From assembly GCF_009914755.1 (NCBI RefSeq), contig NC_060929.1: 64,000 bases of DNA; one strand, 5' to 3'. Source of the DNA: the human T2T-CHM13v2.0 reference genome, Homo sapiens. A model generated the notes under the pieces. That model did no database searches. It was given only the letters and a program-made list of their open reading frames with translations, and was not told the origin of the DNA. Position numbers and translations under genes: made by a program. This document shows, one piece after another, positions 28,036 through 45,982 of this stretch; position 1 is the first letter of the stretch, and every line of letters begins with the position of its first letter.

Positions 28036-28881
28036 TACGCATTATTCATAAAATGATAAAATCAATCCATTTGGCCACTTTAAAAATCTTTGTTTGAACA
28101 GAGTAGGTTATAAACAAATGATAATACTCAAGATATTTATTGAGCTAATCTCTATTTTATCCAGGCACCATGTACACTACTAAATTGTTATTTTTTGCCA
28201 AATCCATCAAAATATATTTACAATGAGGTCAGTATGGCCTTGAAGCCAATTTGAAGAAAATATTAGCTCGTAAAATGAAAACAGATTGTTTTAACACCAG
28301 TGAGCAAAGACCTAAAGACAATGCATTGTGTTGAATAAAATTTTGCACCTTAGCAACTGTCCATTTTCCAACAAATTGAAAAGAGTAAGACATCCACCAG
28401 AGGGTTAGGGAAAGGCTATTCACAGAAAGGAAAGAGTGTTCCTCGCGGGCCAGAGTATTATTCATTGTTTAGTAGCCGGTAACTATGTCATGACTAACCT
28501 GCCGGCTCCCAAAGTACACAATTAGGCACAAATAGTGATTGTAACTTGGGGGAGAGGACATATTCCTGAATAATGTGGTAACAAATTAAATAGACCCTTG
28601 ATGAATAAATAGCTGAAAGGAATAATTCGAAATAAATTGTCCAGATAATTGAGAACTGTGCTGTTCCCTTCTTTCCTCAAACTCTTGCTTTGGAAAAAAA
28701 AAGTAAGTTGGAGTTTTTACCGTAATACTTTGTGAAAATGATACATGCTTATAATGAAAGTTTTATACAAGCTATGCCACACAATCATAAATTGTCACAG
28801 CTAAGGCAGACTTAGAGAATAATCTAGGCTGAGCCTTTCCCATCTTAGAAATGACTGAAAGACCACCATCCAAATACTGTT

Positions 28882-29168
28882 GAGGCCAAGAGCAGTGGCC
28901 CACATCTGTCATCCCAGGACTTTGGGAGGAAAAGGCAAGAGGACAGCTTAACCCAGAAGTTTGAGACCAGCTGGGGCAACATAATGAGACTTCATCTCTA
29001 CAAAAAATTTAAAAGTTAGCTGGATGTATTGGCATGAGCTTGTAGTCCTAGCTACTCAGGAGGATCACCTAAGCCCAGGAGTTTGAGGTTACAGTGAGTT
29101 GTGATTGCACCACTGCACTCTAGCTTGGGTGACAGAGCAAGACTCTGTCTTCAAAAAAAAAAAAAAAA
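28882..29168 (+). mobile_element. AluJ-like
   Basis: Diverged Alu with poly-A tail. Confidence 0.85.
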
Positions 29169-29179
29169 TGGAAATCTGT

Positions 29180-29851
<672 letters not shown>

Positions 29852-31011
29852 CTATCTAAATAACATTTTAAATTATGTTAAATGATTTTAAAGTCCTTAC
29901 AGAGAGAGTTTATATCACCAGGTAGCTCTCATCAACCTAACCATTGAAGGGCAGATTTGCAACATAATCCTGCTCCAAAGTTTGCTCTGAAACTGTTTCA
30001 TAAAGCAGTGTTACAAACAGCTGTTGAAAGCCAAAGACCCATGACAACCAGTCCAACCCATACAAGCATCAGACTAATCAAAATATCTAAAGTGATGAAG
30101 ATAACATGATGGCCATCATTTGCTAAGCATATCTTATGTATCAGGATTTACATAAACTGTGTAAATTCTCAATAATCCTACTATGTAGATTTTACTATCC
30201 TTGTATTATAGACAAGGAAACTGGAGTTTGAAAAGGGTAAATGACCTTCTCAAGATCAAGAAAGTGACAAAGCCAACACATATTTTAACTCTCAACTTCC
30301 TAACTCTAAATCTTATGTTTGCTATCATGAAGACAAACTGTGAGATGCTTCACAGTATTTCAACAAGAGCTGGACACTCTCTTCAAAGTTATTTCTATGT
30401 GGAAATACATTTCATGCCTGAGTTGAGAACGACAGGAACAACAATCCATTGAAAAGCTCTAGAAACAGGGGACTAGAGTCACTGAGGCCAGAAATTAGTA
30501 ACATATTAAGGGTTCACCAGAGAAGGCAGCTCTTACATCTACACATCTTTCTCTCCAGAGACTCATCTGTCACTTATTCTGATTTAGGAAATTTGGAAAA
30601 TAAGGTTCAAATATAGCTAAAGAGTAAGTGTTTAATGGTTAGACACAATTAAAGAGAGAGAGATTGTCTATAATTTAATCATTTCTAAGTTCAAATCTAA
30701 ACAGATGAGTCTTTGTTGCTACTATAAGATATATATATACACACACACATATGCATATGTATATGCATATGAAAATGCATTTGCATATGTATGACTATGG
30801 ACCTATAACCCCCACCAGGGCACAGCATGTGTATACCTACATTCCTTCCCTACTGTTCCCCTAGGGGTGGTCTTCAAGTTCTCCTACAAACCTACTCTCC
30901 ATGTTAAGCATGAAAATCTCCTGCTAGATAAAATTATGTCTTATCTCTAAAGACTTGGTTTAGAAAGGTATACTAGATGAATCTATTTAGACCCTGGCAT
31001 CATTTTCATAG

Positions 31012-31388
31012 TGTTATGGGATGAATATTGTGTCTCCCCAAAACTCATATGTTGAAACCCTATATCTCAATTCTGACGGTCCTGGGAGGTGAGGCCATTG
31101 AGACATAATTATGATTAGATGAGGTCATGAAGGTGGAGCCCTTAGGAATGAGATTAGTGCCCTTATAATAGTCACTAGAGAGCTTGCTTCCTCTTCTCTG
31201 CTCCCCAGCATGTGAAGATGCAATGAGAAGACAGTTGTCTACAACCCAGAAGAGGCTCCTCACTAGAATCCACTGTGCTGCACCCTGATCTGGGACTTCC
31301 AACTTCTAGAACTGTGAAAAATAAATGTCTGTTGTTTATTAGCCACCCAGTCTATAGTAATTTCTTATAGCATTGAGAACTAAGATAC
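31012..31388 (+). mobile_element. MLT1A-like LTR
   Basis: tgttatgggatgaat...aactaagataca. Confidence 0.82.
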
Positions 31389-32160
31389 ACAGTTACTTCA
31401 AATATTTTTTTCAAGACATTCAAGAATGTGATAGTGAATTTATGTTTTCCAGCCTTCCGCTGGGCTGTTTCGTTTGAATGGCCCAGGGGACACGGCTGTG
31501 AGCAATGCTTCAGTAGATGCAGAATAAATCATCCACAGGATGAGCTGCACAGGGTCTTCATCCGCTTCACTCATCACCCAGTCACTTTGTTTTATCTACA
31601 TCACACCAGCCTCACTCCACCAGAGGCCCTGACCTGATGCCATCCCTTCTGCTTCAGCCCTCTTCCCTAAATGTTCCCATGGCCAGCACCTCCTGCTCTT
31701 TCAGGTCTTTGCCCACCTACCGATCTCTTAGGAATGCCACCCCATTAAATATCCCATTGAATACCTCACTTAAAGCTTGAAGCTCCTCCCACTTCATAAT
31801 GCCCTGTAACTTCCCATCCCTCTCATCCTGCTCTGTTTTCCATAGGACTTACCATCTTCCCACTCACTATAAAATTCATTTATTATTTTATTTTTTTTCT
31901 GTACCCTCCCTAAATCTATATATGCTTTTCAAGGGTTTTTGTTCACTGACATGCCCCAAATACCTATTCCATGCCCAGGTATACAGTAGGTCCTCAATAG
32001 ATAGTTATCACTCAAGAAAAGAACAAATAAAATATCTCATCTAAATGCAGTCTTACATAATGCAAGGAAATTGTTATAACCAAAAAATGTACTGCAAAGG
32101 GCTTTCACAATAACTCCTCCATCTGCACCTGTGCGCTATAGTCTCTATTCTTATATTGAC

Positions 32161-32351
32161 CTTTAATAAGAGTGAGAAACTCTTCATGCTTGACTCGGTT
32201 CCTCTGGATGTCAATCTTTAGGGTAAGCAACAAGGTGAACAGGAATTTGTGCTCCTCGTACAGCCCTCGGGCAGCATACTTATAAACCTCGTAGGTCATG
32301 TGCTCGATGATATTAGCAATCCTCTTGCTTGTAATCGGGCTCTTGACAGAC
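32161..32351 (-). CDS. DNAH5: DNAH5 exon ~68 (191 nt): [10 protein letters not shown]...ARGLYEEHK...LTLIK
   Basis: caccAG|G acceptor, AAAG|GTCAAT donor. Confidence 0.95.
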
Positions 32352-32847
32352 CTGGTGAATAGAATATTTAAATCAGGCTTATCCCACTGCCCTTTTCAAT
32401 TGTCTGTAAAAACAATTGTCTTTAATGGAAAATAAGTAACTTTGGAGGAAGAATTCTTATTTTTACACATCAAGAGAAAGCCTCCTAAATCTAAAATAAC
32501 AAGAATTCTCTCAACATGAAATAATATAACAGAATCCCGAATGTTGTCTAAATCAATTCTACCTGCAGGGCATCATCACTCACAACGATATCTTGGGAAT
32601 TTTCTTGTTTAACAGAAACATACGAAGCCAAAGGAATCAAATCAATGGATAAATAGTTGGTAGAGTTTTCTCTGGGCATAAAATGGCAAATCAGAATGAT
32701 TTGTTAACACATTGGTAATTACACTGATCTGAGATTTAAAAAAGAAAAAGACTCTTACTAACAAAGGAGAAGGAAGTTATAAATGTAATGTCATCATTTT
32801 AGTGCACAGATACAGAATTCAGCTTGGCTTCCCGCGTACAGACGTAC

Positions 32848-32962
32848 CTGGCTAAGGAAAGGTCAAATAAGCCCAGAAACTGGCGAAGCGAAGTCTGATA
32901 CATCTCATTAACCAAGCGCATCTCAGTAATGAGGAAGTAGAGGATGCTGCCCCGCGTAGCCA
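32848..32962 (-). CDS. DNAH5: DNAH5 exon ~67 (115 nt): [10 protein letters not shown]...DLSLAR
   Basis: ttccAG|TG acceptor, AG|GTACGT donor. Confidence 0.95.
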
Positions 32963-33346
32963 CTGGAAGACAAAGAGCAAGGTTGCATGTGCTACGAGAG
33001 AGGAAAATAAATGATCCATGCAAAGAGATCAGCCTAAACTCTAAATGAAAACAACAACTTTTATTTTAGGCAGTGGCTGCCTACCAGATACGGGATACAA
33101 AGCGATATTCATTTATTAATATATTTATTATTTACAACATTTTGTAAGTAATCAACTATTTGTATTTATTAAATGGTACTTCTCATTTTAGAATCTCTAG
33201 ACCCCTCGCAACAATATTTTACTATTTTTACTGCAGGTAGAAAAGACAATCAAAGAAATTTCAAAGGTTGTGTTAGTTTAACACCCAGCAAGCGAGGTAG
33301 CCATTAGGGACCTCATCCTTAAGTTCCAGGGAGAAGCCATGCCTAA

Positions 33347-33766
<420 letters not shown>

Positions 33767-34281
33767 TAAGAGGAATAATAAAATACTAAAAGATAGCCGA
33801 TCCAACTGAATTATTTAGCAGGTTTCTCTTGTACAAGGCCAATTTGCAAATTGGTGGCTGAGGATAAAAATCTCCCAAGAGACCACAGAACTACCTTCCT
33901 AACACAAAAACTATAAACAAAATACCAACATAGTGTTACCAAACGATAAATAACTGGTGCACTAATTCCTCAGATTTCACTAATTTGTAGTCATCAGATT
34001 TTTTAAAATTCTCCTTCTTTACTTTCTAACATCAAAATAAGTTCATGAGAACCTTAAAGGATTTACCAACTAACATGAATGACAAGTACCCAGGAAATTT
34101 ATACCATTATAAAAAATTTTTGACCTCCATTTTACGGAATATTTCCCAACAGAAATTCCACAAAACACCTCCACTTTGCATAATCATTTGTATAACTCCC
34201 TCACATCCTTCCATTTCTCTAATTCTCATTCCTCTCTCATTTCATTTTCCTGTGACATTTGTCTTTCATTACCAAACTCAC

Positions 34282-34525
34282 CAGGTCTGTATTCCTCCCG
34301 GGCTGAGTTAATTTGAACTTCTGTCTCAGCAGAAATTTCTAGCTTCTGTGTCACCTCCTCGGCTGTCCTTTTTGTGTTACTCAGCACGACAATGAGACTT
34401 TCATCTTCTACCAGGGACCCCTGGGTACTTGTCAGGCGGTAAAGCAAGTTATCTTCTAGTTCCTTCATCCTTCTTTTGTTTGCAGTTACATCTTCCATCA
34501 GATGAGTTCTTTCTTTCTCCAATTC
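34282..34525 (-). CDS. DNAH5: DNAH5 exon ~66 (244 nt), strut/buttress coiled coil: ELEKERTHL...AREEYRP
   Basis: aatAG|GAA acceptor, CCTG|GTGAGT donor. Confidence 0.95.
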
Positions 34526-34671
34526 CTATTAATTTGCATAAATATATTTTCTACCTCAATTAACAACTCTTGTTGAGTATTCCTTAAGACGTTAACCTAC
34601 ATGGCTGCTTTGAAGCTCCCGTACTGTATTTATCATAATCAACTGCAGGAAATATGGACATCAAAAAAGAA

Positions 34672-35230
<559 letters not shown>

Positions 35231-36207
35231 TCAAGTCACATCAGTTTCAAGTGATTGCTGTGATTATATTTAATATTATATATATAATCTTCTTTTGAAG
35301 GGGAAATATATTTGAAGACAAAGATATATATCTCTGATTAAATAGGTTTACTTCTGTCTACTTTCTTAAGAGAGTTCCATTATTGTTTAAATGTGGTTAT
35401 TTCAAACTTGCTAATTGAAAAAGTATCCAAGTCTGTGAAAAACTACTCTCCGAAATCTTAGGCAAGCAACTGAGCTGCAACTGTGAGCACGTTTAAATTG
35501 AAAAGTCTTCTTGGCCTGCTGTTCTCTCCAAAAGCAGAAAAGTTTTGCATCTTTTCTGAGGGAGCTTTGGAGACAGCTGGGAGAGTGAAGCCTTGGAAGA
35601 CTATTATCCTTATTGGCCTTTTCTTCCTCTTGGCAGCTTGGAGAGGGAGAGATAGAGGAAGAGAAGGACAGAAAAGATGGAGGTGGTGGCAAGTGTGGGA
35701 GAAGGAGAAATACGTGTGACACCAAGCAAGCCACAGGAAGAGGAAGCCCAAAGGCAGGGAGACAAAACAGAAATATGCTTCTGGCACCAAGTCAAATTGT
35801 ACATGGATATCAACTTGCTATATGAGAGACTCTATCTGTGATGCTAAAGAAAAGAATCAAAAATGGAAAGAACAATAAAATGATACGTACAAATTTAAAA
35901 TGAAACTTATGTATTAGAGAGTTTATTTGAAGAGCTTCCTGGATGTGGAGTCCATTGACAATTTGCCTATGTTTAACTGCGTTTATAATGTACAATTCAT
36001 TATAAGTAAAATACGGGGAAACCAGGGTTAAGTGCAGGTGACAAACAGCAAAATCACAGGAGCTTTACCTGTGATTTTGACAGTGCGTTTGACAGTTCTG
36101 ACTGGACTCACGGCAGCTACCTGAACGTATGGTACCAAGCTCACATCTCTAGACCAGCTTCAGAAATCTACATTCTCAATTGGGTACTCTGGATATGACT
36201 CAGTAGG

Positions 36208-36586
36208 TGATATGGTTTGGCTCTGTGCCCCCACTCAAATCTCACCTTGAATTGTAATCCCCACAATCCCCAAGTGTCAAGGGTGGCACCAGGTAAAGGT
36301 AATGGGGTCATGAGGGCAGTTTCCCCCATGCTGTTCTCATAACAGTGAGTGAATTCTCACAAGATCTGATGGTTTTATCAGCATCTGGCACTTCCCCTGC
36401 TTGTACTCACTCTGTCTTGCCACCCTGTGAAGAAGGTCCCTGCTTCTCCTTTGCCTTCCGCCATGATTGTAAGTTTCCTGAGGCCTCCCCAGCCATGCAG
36501 AACTGTGAGTCAATTAAACCTCTTTCCTTTATAAATTACCCAGTCTCGGGTATTTCTTCATACCAGTGAGAGAATGGACTAATACA
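36208..36586 (+). mobile_element. THE1 (C/D-like) solo LTR
   Basis: TGATATGG...TAATACA with perfect 5-bp TSD GTAGG (36203-36207 / 36587-36591). Confidence 0.92.
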
Positions 36587-36914
36587 GTAGGTTTTATAGA
36601 TTCTACTCCCTATTGAGAGAGCCAGAAATCTAGAGTGATGCAGTGATGAATCATATGAAACCATATAAAACATAATGGACTATTCACTGATTACATGATT
36701 AATTACACAATTTACCTTTGTTATGATCCGGTATGCACACAGACATGGAGGGAAAGGAGAGGCCAGACCCAGCCCAAACCGTCACTGTTAACCATTACGC
36801 AAGTTCTTCCCTTTAGTGGCTCTTACAATTATTCATTTTTAGTACTTAGTTTATGCTTACGAGAAACTTATCCCCATACTACTCCATGAATTACATTTTG
36901 TTTTAAACAGTATC

Positions 36915-38065
36915 GCTATGCTGATGACTCCCAAGTTTATATCTCAGCTTCAGATCATACCTCCTTTCAACTCTCCACTTGGACATCTAAGAGACTTCTC
37001 CTACTTAGCACCATCAGCAAAACTAAACGTCTGATCCTCCCTTCAAACATGCTCAACCTCACCCTTCCACAGCCCAGCAAATGGCAACACTATTCTTCTA
37101 GATGCTCTGGCCAAAACCTTTGAACCCTGCTTGGTCACTTTCTTCTCCTCAAATTCAACAACAAATTCATTGGCAAGTTCTATGACCTCCACTTCAAAAT
37201 GAGATTCAGAATCTAATCATTTCTCACTCCCTCCACTATCACCACCCTGGTTTAAACTATCATTGTCACCCCCCTCTAAATTAGGAGGTCTAAACAGGTC
37301 TCCCTACCCCAGCCTTACCCCCTGGTCTACTCCCAGCCCAGCAGTCAGAATGATGCTACTAAAACATACTTCCTCTCTCAAAACCCTCCAGTGGCCAATC
37401 TTTCCACTCAGAGTGAAAGGTAAAGACCTTACCAAGGCCTATAAGGCTCTACCAAGCTGCCCCCTCCTTCATTACTGCTGGGACTTCATTTCCTACTTTT
37501 CTCCCCTTTTTCACTTTGCTCTAGCCACGTTTGCTATTTCCTACATCAGTGGTTTTCAAATTTCAGTGCATTAGGATCACCTGGAAGGCTTGTGCTGTAG
37601 GCCTGGAACAGCATCTGGGAATTTGCACTTCTAATCCCATGTGATGTGATGCTGCTATTCCAGGAAACATGCTTTGAGACTCACTGTCTTAAACACACAA
37701 GGAACTCTCTTGCCTCAGGGCCTCTGCATTAGCTGCTGCTCTGTCAGGTCTGTTCTTCCAAATAACTCACTCTCTTCCCTTATTCAAGTCTTCCTCAAAT
37801 GTCACATTCTCAGTAAGCCCCACTGTGACCACCCTCTTTAAAATGCTAGCCCACCAGCTGACTCCCCAGCTCTCCCGCTCACCAGTGTCTGTACCTTTTA
37901 TGGCATTTACCACCTTCTAACATAATACATAAATTATTTATATGTTATGCTCCAGGGATAGTTTGGTCTGTTAGTCTATTTTGTTCATTGATAAATTCCT
38001 AAATTAGTGAAACAAAGCCTGGTACGTAGTAGGCACTCCATTAACACTGCAGATTGAATGATTAA
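36915..38065 (+). mobile_element. L2 3' region with nested MER5A (37547-37686)
   Basis: tatgctgatgactccca (L2 RT), gcctggtacgtagtaggcactc..tgaatga 3' end; MER5 TIRs cagtggttttcaaa / tttgagactcactg. Confidence 0.75.
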
Positions 38066-40199
38066 ATGTTGCATCTCTTTTCAAATTGATAAACTGAAAC
38101 ACACAGTGAACTGGAAAATCTAGTCTTTGTGCCAGAAATGCCGATGTGGAAATGCTCAATCTCTGAAAACCATGACATTAAAAATAAAGGAGGTGTTAAC
38201 AAAACTGCATGAAGGCAAACAGCAAAGACCCCTGGCCTCTGCTTTATGTTTCAGCCAGTTAATCACCACTGATTGAATGGTTATAGTTGGTAAGACCCCA
38301 CCAGACTCACAACTCATGCTCTGAGCACAGTGAATCAGGTCTGCGGACATTCGAGGAAAGGAAGAATTCCCTCTTTAAGCAAAACAGAAGTTCAGGTTTT
38401 GTGTCAATTCTTAATTCTTTAAGATGTAGCAACTCAAGCAAAACTTGCTCTTATCATCTTTGTTTCCATCTGTTATCTGGTTACAGATGAAAGCTCCCTT
38501 AGTGGTTATTTCAATTCATTGATTCACTAGATGAGAATTTCAAATTTCAGAAAATGTAGAAATTAGTACAAACAAGTGACATTTAATGGCTGCTATAAAA
38601 TTAATTTCCATAAGCAGTTATAATAAAAGCCCTCACATTACGGTTGTACTAGGAAATAAAAGTGATAATGAAAATTCAAACAATTTTTATTGCCATATTT
38701 ATAAATTTCACACACTATCACTATCATTTCTGAGTTCCAGAGGGTGAGCATTTAAAGGTCTTCACCTGAAGACAGGTAAGGGAAGAAAAGTAAAGCAGTA
38801 GAAAGAGTGATGGTTTTGACATCAGGAAGACATATGTTTGAATTACAGCTCTCAAAACCCTTCAGCCACTTGACATTTGCCATGTTTTAAAACTCTGCAA
38901 GCCTCAGTATTTTCATCCACAAAATGTATGTAAAAACTGCTCATAGGATTATGGTGAAGATATCACCAGTAATGCAGCTAAAGTAGTGGCTGGATTATGA
39001 TAACTGCTCAAAATGTCTCTTCCCTTCCATCTTCTCCCTTGATTCATTTCTGGCCAAATTTTCAGAAGCATGATAATGCTTATTGTAAAAATAAGTAGTT
39101 TGAAAAATCAAGTTGAAATGTGGCACAAAGTAAATGATAAATGATACTTTGAATTTCACATATTATCATAAAAGTGCATAATAAAGTAGCTGAAAAGGGA
39201 TAAGAAAGGAGAACTTAGAATGATAAGGACAAATACTTTTGTTTCAACTGGGAATGAGAGCATGGACTATCAAACTCAAAAGCAGAACCAGGTCTTATCA
39301 ATTCTTGCTGCACAAAAACTTTTACCTTTCTGCCCATTTTTTCAACCACATAACCACTGCCCTACTTGAGAATTTACTTGTCATTCATGGACTACTCTAA
39401 CAAAACTGGTCTTCCTGCTGACCCTTTTCCACTCACAGTCACTCAGGAGATCTCCCTTACCTATTTTGAAAGGTCCAAAAATTCTCAATATAGTTGGCAA
39501 AACCTGTCACAATCTACTTTTCTAATCTTATTTCTACTTGAGAACTATGAATTGGGGTTAAAATCATGCCTCCATGTTGCTTATGAAACAAATATTAATA
39601 AAATAAACATAGTAACGATGTATACAATCAGTGGCAAACCATTCAATTCTTGATAAAGCAAAAATAGTAACTAAAAAGATTGAACATTATTGAGATGGCT
39701 GTAGTCAATTTAATATCATTGTTAACAAATTTGTCGATTAAAGCAATTGCCTATATTCCCAAAGGATTAAAATAAATCTAAGTACATTTCCCCAAAGTTT
39801 GAAACGGATGAAAATAAAATATACTAAGTAAACAGTATAATTGAAAATACTATTTGGAATCCCAAAAGCAATCTGTATATTAAATAGAAACAAGTGGCCA
39901 AATACTTGGGCTCTAGAAAGTTATTGGCAAAAGAAAGTTTATCTGAGAAAAAAAAATAGAACAATTGTTGCTTGGTTTTTGTTCAAGGTTAAAAGATTGA
40001 AAACCTACTTATGGATATGGTTATAGGCATATTTTCATTTATATGGCTGATTTAAACATTTGTATTAAACAATTACTTTCATTCCACCAATTCATAAGAA
40101 GAAGGTAAGACTTTTTCAGATTAATATGATGAGGCAAAATTAATCACAATAATTTTATCCATAAGTCTCCTTCCCACCAAAGGGATTATCTCTTAGCAG

Positions 40200-40255
40200 G
40201 CAGATAGATATATTGATAGATAGGTAGGTAGATAGAGAGATAGATGATAGATAAA
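40200..40255. repeat. Degenerate (GATA)n
   Basis: Direct reading. Confidence 0.8.
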
Positions 40256-40354
40256 AGTAAAGATTTGTGCTAAGTGTTCTATATAAATTCTAAGGCTACA
40301 ATGTAAAATTCTTATATAAACTGTGATATATTCCAAAGGGAATTTTAAAAGTAA

Positions 40355-41670
40355 GAAATAGATCAAAGATCTAAAAGTAAGACCTGAAACTATAAAACTA
40401 CTAGAAGAAAACATAAAGGAAATGCTTCAGGACACTGGTCTGGGAAAAGATTCTATGAATAACACCACAAAAGCACAGGCAACAAACGCCAAAATAAACA
40501 AATGGGGTTATACCAAAAAGCTTCTGCACAGCAAAGGAAACAATCAACAGAGTGAAAAGATAACTTATGAAATGGAAGCAGTTACAAACTATTTATCTAA
40601 GAGGGGATTAACATCCAGAACATACAAGGAACTCAAACATCTCAACAGAAAAAAAATCAATTAAAAAATGGGCAAATTATCTGAACAGACATGTCTCAAA
40701 AGACATAAAAATGGCCAAGAAATATATGAAAAAATTCTCAACATCATTAATGGTCGGGGAAATGCAAATCAAAACCAAAATGACATATCATCTCACCCCA
40801 GCTGGGTTGGCGATTATCAAAAAGTCAAAAAATAACAAATGCTGATGAAGATGCAGAGAAAAGGGAACTGTTAAACACTGTGTGTGGGAATGTAAACTAG
40901 AACAACCACTATGGAGAACAGTATGGAAGTTCCTCAAAAAAGTACACACATGGATACACACACTGAAACAAATAGAACTACCACATGATCCATCAATCCC
41001 ACCACTGGGCATTTATTCAAAGGAAAGGAAATCAGTGTATCGAAGGCATGTCTGCATCCCCATGTTTACTGCAGCACTATGCACAATTGACAAGATATGG
41101 AATTAACCTAGGTGCCCAACAACAGATGAATGGATGAAGAAAATGTGGTATACATACACAATGGAATACTATTCAGCAATAAAAAAGAATAAAATCCTGT
41201 CATTCACAGCACCATGGATGGAACTGGAGGTCATTATGCTAAGTGAAATAAGCTAGGAACAGAAAGTAAAACACTACATATTCTCACTCACATATGTAAG
41301 CTAAAAAAAAAATGTTGATCTCATAGAAGTGAAAAGTAGAACAGAGGATACTAGAGGCTGGGAAGGGTAGGGGAAAGGGTGAGAGAGGGAGAGATTTGTT
41401 AAGATACAAAATTACAGCTAGATAGGACAAATAAGTTATAGTGTTTTATAGCATTACAGGATGACTGTACTTAATGATTATATTATATAATTTCAAATAG
41501 TTCGAAGGAGAATATTGAATGTTCCCAACATACAGAAATGATCAATGTTTGAGATGATGGATATGCTAATTACCCCAATCTGATCACTATACATTATATT
41601 ATGGAAATATCACTATGTACCCCATAAACATGTACAATTACTATATGTCAATTAAAAATAAAATAAAAAT
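40355..41670 (+). mobile_element. L1MA-type 3' fragment
   Basis: ORF2 C-terminal peptide (LEQPLWRTVWKFLK) and 3'UTR with A tail. Confidence 0.85.
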
Positions 41671-43905
41671 TTACACGTACAGGGTGGTTTGGTAAAATTT
41701 CGTGAACATAGCATTTGTTAATTAAATGATTTTTTACTGTAAGTAGCTTAACAAAGAAGCAAATGAAAACTAAACTTATTTGTGTACTTAAACTGCATTT
41801 ATAACCAAAGTTTTGAAATCAGTAAAAGACAAACGGCAGCCAGAGTTCTCATTCTTAAAGGTATCACACAGCCTCCATTACCAAATATTATTTCTCTTTT
41901 GTACTTTACACTAGTAACCAAAATAGAAAGATTAAACAAGAGAACTCAGAAAGAGATTTCTTTTTCCCCCACCACCAGTGAGCTGGTGATAACGATGTCT
42001 GTTTAATGTCCTTCTTAAATTACTTCCCATGTCAGTTTCACCAAGTTCAGGTACTTGCACCTCAAAAGGAAATCACACACCTGTTTGTTCATCCAGAATT
42101 CTGAACAATGATGATCCCTGAGGCCTTGTATTGTGTGACCAGCAGGAGCTATTGATCAACATTGGCATTTTTCTCCCAATGGAACATAGATTTTTTTTAA
42201 GTTTCCATTTTATTCTCTATGATCAAAGTGAGAGTGAGTCTAAGAGATTTGGTTTCTATAAAGGAAGGTTGTTGTAGGCCTACAACATGTTCAAAATGGT
42301 CTAGATACATCACCTTCTGGTAATAGCAGCAGAATGTCCAAATCTACTCACAGGTGCATCAGATAAACAATTGGATATAGGCTTGATGTGAATTTGAACA
42401 GCACATGCATTTAAAATGACTGTTTTGAAGCACACAGAAAGTATAACTCTGTTAAAATTCATGCTTCCTTGCATCCATACGCTCTAAGGTTTACACGTGT
42501 TTCTGAAGCAAACAAACCTGAAGGTCTAGCAGATATACAACTGAACATTCATGAGACCCGATTATGTGTGATAATAAGGTCCCTCATTGCCTCTGTATCC
42601 CTAGGACACAGAACAGCTGATGAATTTTTGGAGTCAAAGATTTGTCTTTCCCTTGCATGATCAATTACTGTTCAGAGTCTCCTTTCACAAGAAGAATCAA
42701 CAAACCTATGAAGTCATGACTCATCCCCACTGAAGAGATTCAGCCTCTGTTTCAGCCCCACATTCCTTAGATGGTTTCCAACATCAACTTCCTATTCTGT
42801 TTGGGATATCCTATCCCTTCCTGTGTGTAATCTTCCTAACGTCAACAGCTCTCCTTAAATCAATAAAATTTCAAATTGATATTTTATATTTATAATCACC
42901 CAAGAAGTGAGATTATAGTCAAAGACACTGCATTGTCACTGAAGTCAAAGGAATAATTTGGACTGTATTTTTTATGATTTCATTTATTTTTTACTTTATT
43001 TTCCATTACTTTAAAAAAGATTGAATCTTAATACAATTAACATAATTACTTCTTTGACTTATAAGACAACATAAAAATAGTTTTCATATAACATCAATAT
43101 TACTGAAAAAACTTAAAGTTTAAAATACCTTATTTCTTTTTATTCTTAGAACACTTTTACTAAGGAAATGAGTCAAACTTCTCTGTTAAAAAGCCACTGA
43201 GAGCAATTCTTTCTGTGTGTAATGATGTTTGCAGTTTGGAGAAGCTCTTACTAGGACAATGCTGTGGAGAGAGAGGATGGGTTGAGACAGCTTCCTGGGA
43301 GGAGACCTGTGCTCAGTCTCTAATCATGTTCACCTAGAATCCAGAAGCTTCAGGTTGCTGCTTCTATTAACAGGTGAACTCAAATCTATTTGTTAGGTTA
43401 CTAAATTTGTGGAATTACAGAAGGCCCTGAGTTTATTATACCTAAGGGTGATATCTGAATGCATGAAAGAGGGAGGACAGGCCAACACACGGTTTGCAAC
43501 TGTGCACTACAGATCCCTGGGCACCTGGCCTGTTAGTAAGAGGAGTCAGAATTTCCACAGGCCTATGAAGCATCATATCTTGGGTGAATAACTAATATGT
43601 ATCACTATATTTATGGGGTAGTGACTCTTAAACCCTCTTATTTTAAAATTAAGATTTACAACAGGTAGGATATGAAATATGGGAGGCAATTAGTATTAAC
43701 AGCAAATATTTGATTCAGGTTGAGTTTCTCCCAAGTGAGAGAAAAGATTGGCAGGCAATACGCTCATGACTCTGTTAAGCAAACAGGCTTGATCCATTTT
43801 CTTTTACCCTCGGCTCATTTTTTTTCTATAAAATATCAATAATTGTCCTTTGAATAAATTTCTAGCAGAAACAACTTGAGAAAGTTTAAAACTATGTACT
43901 ATCCT

Positions 43906-45982
<2,077 letters not shown>

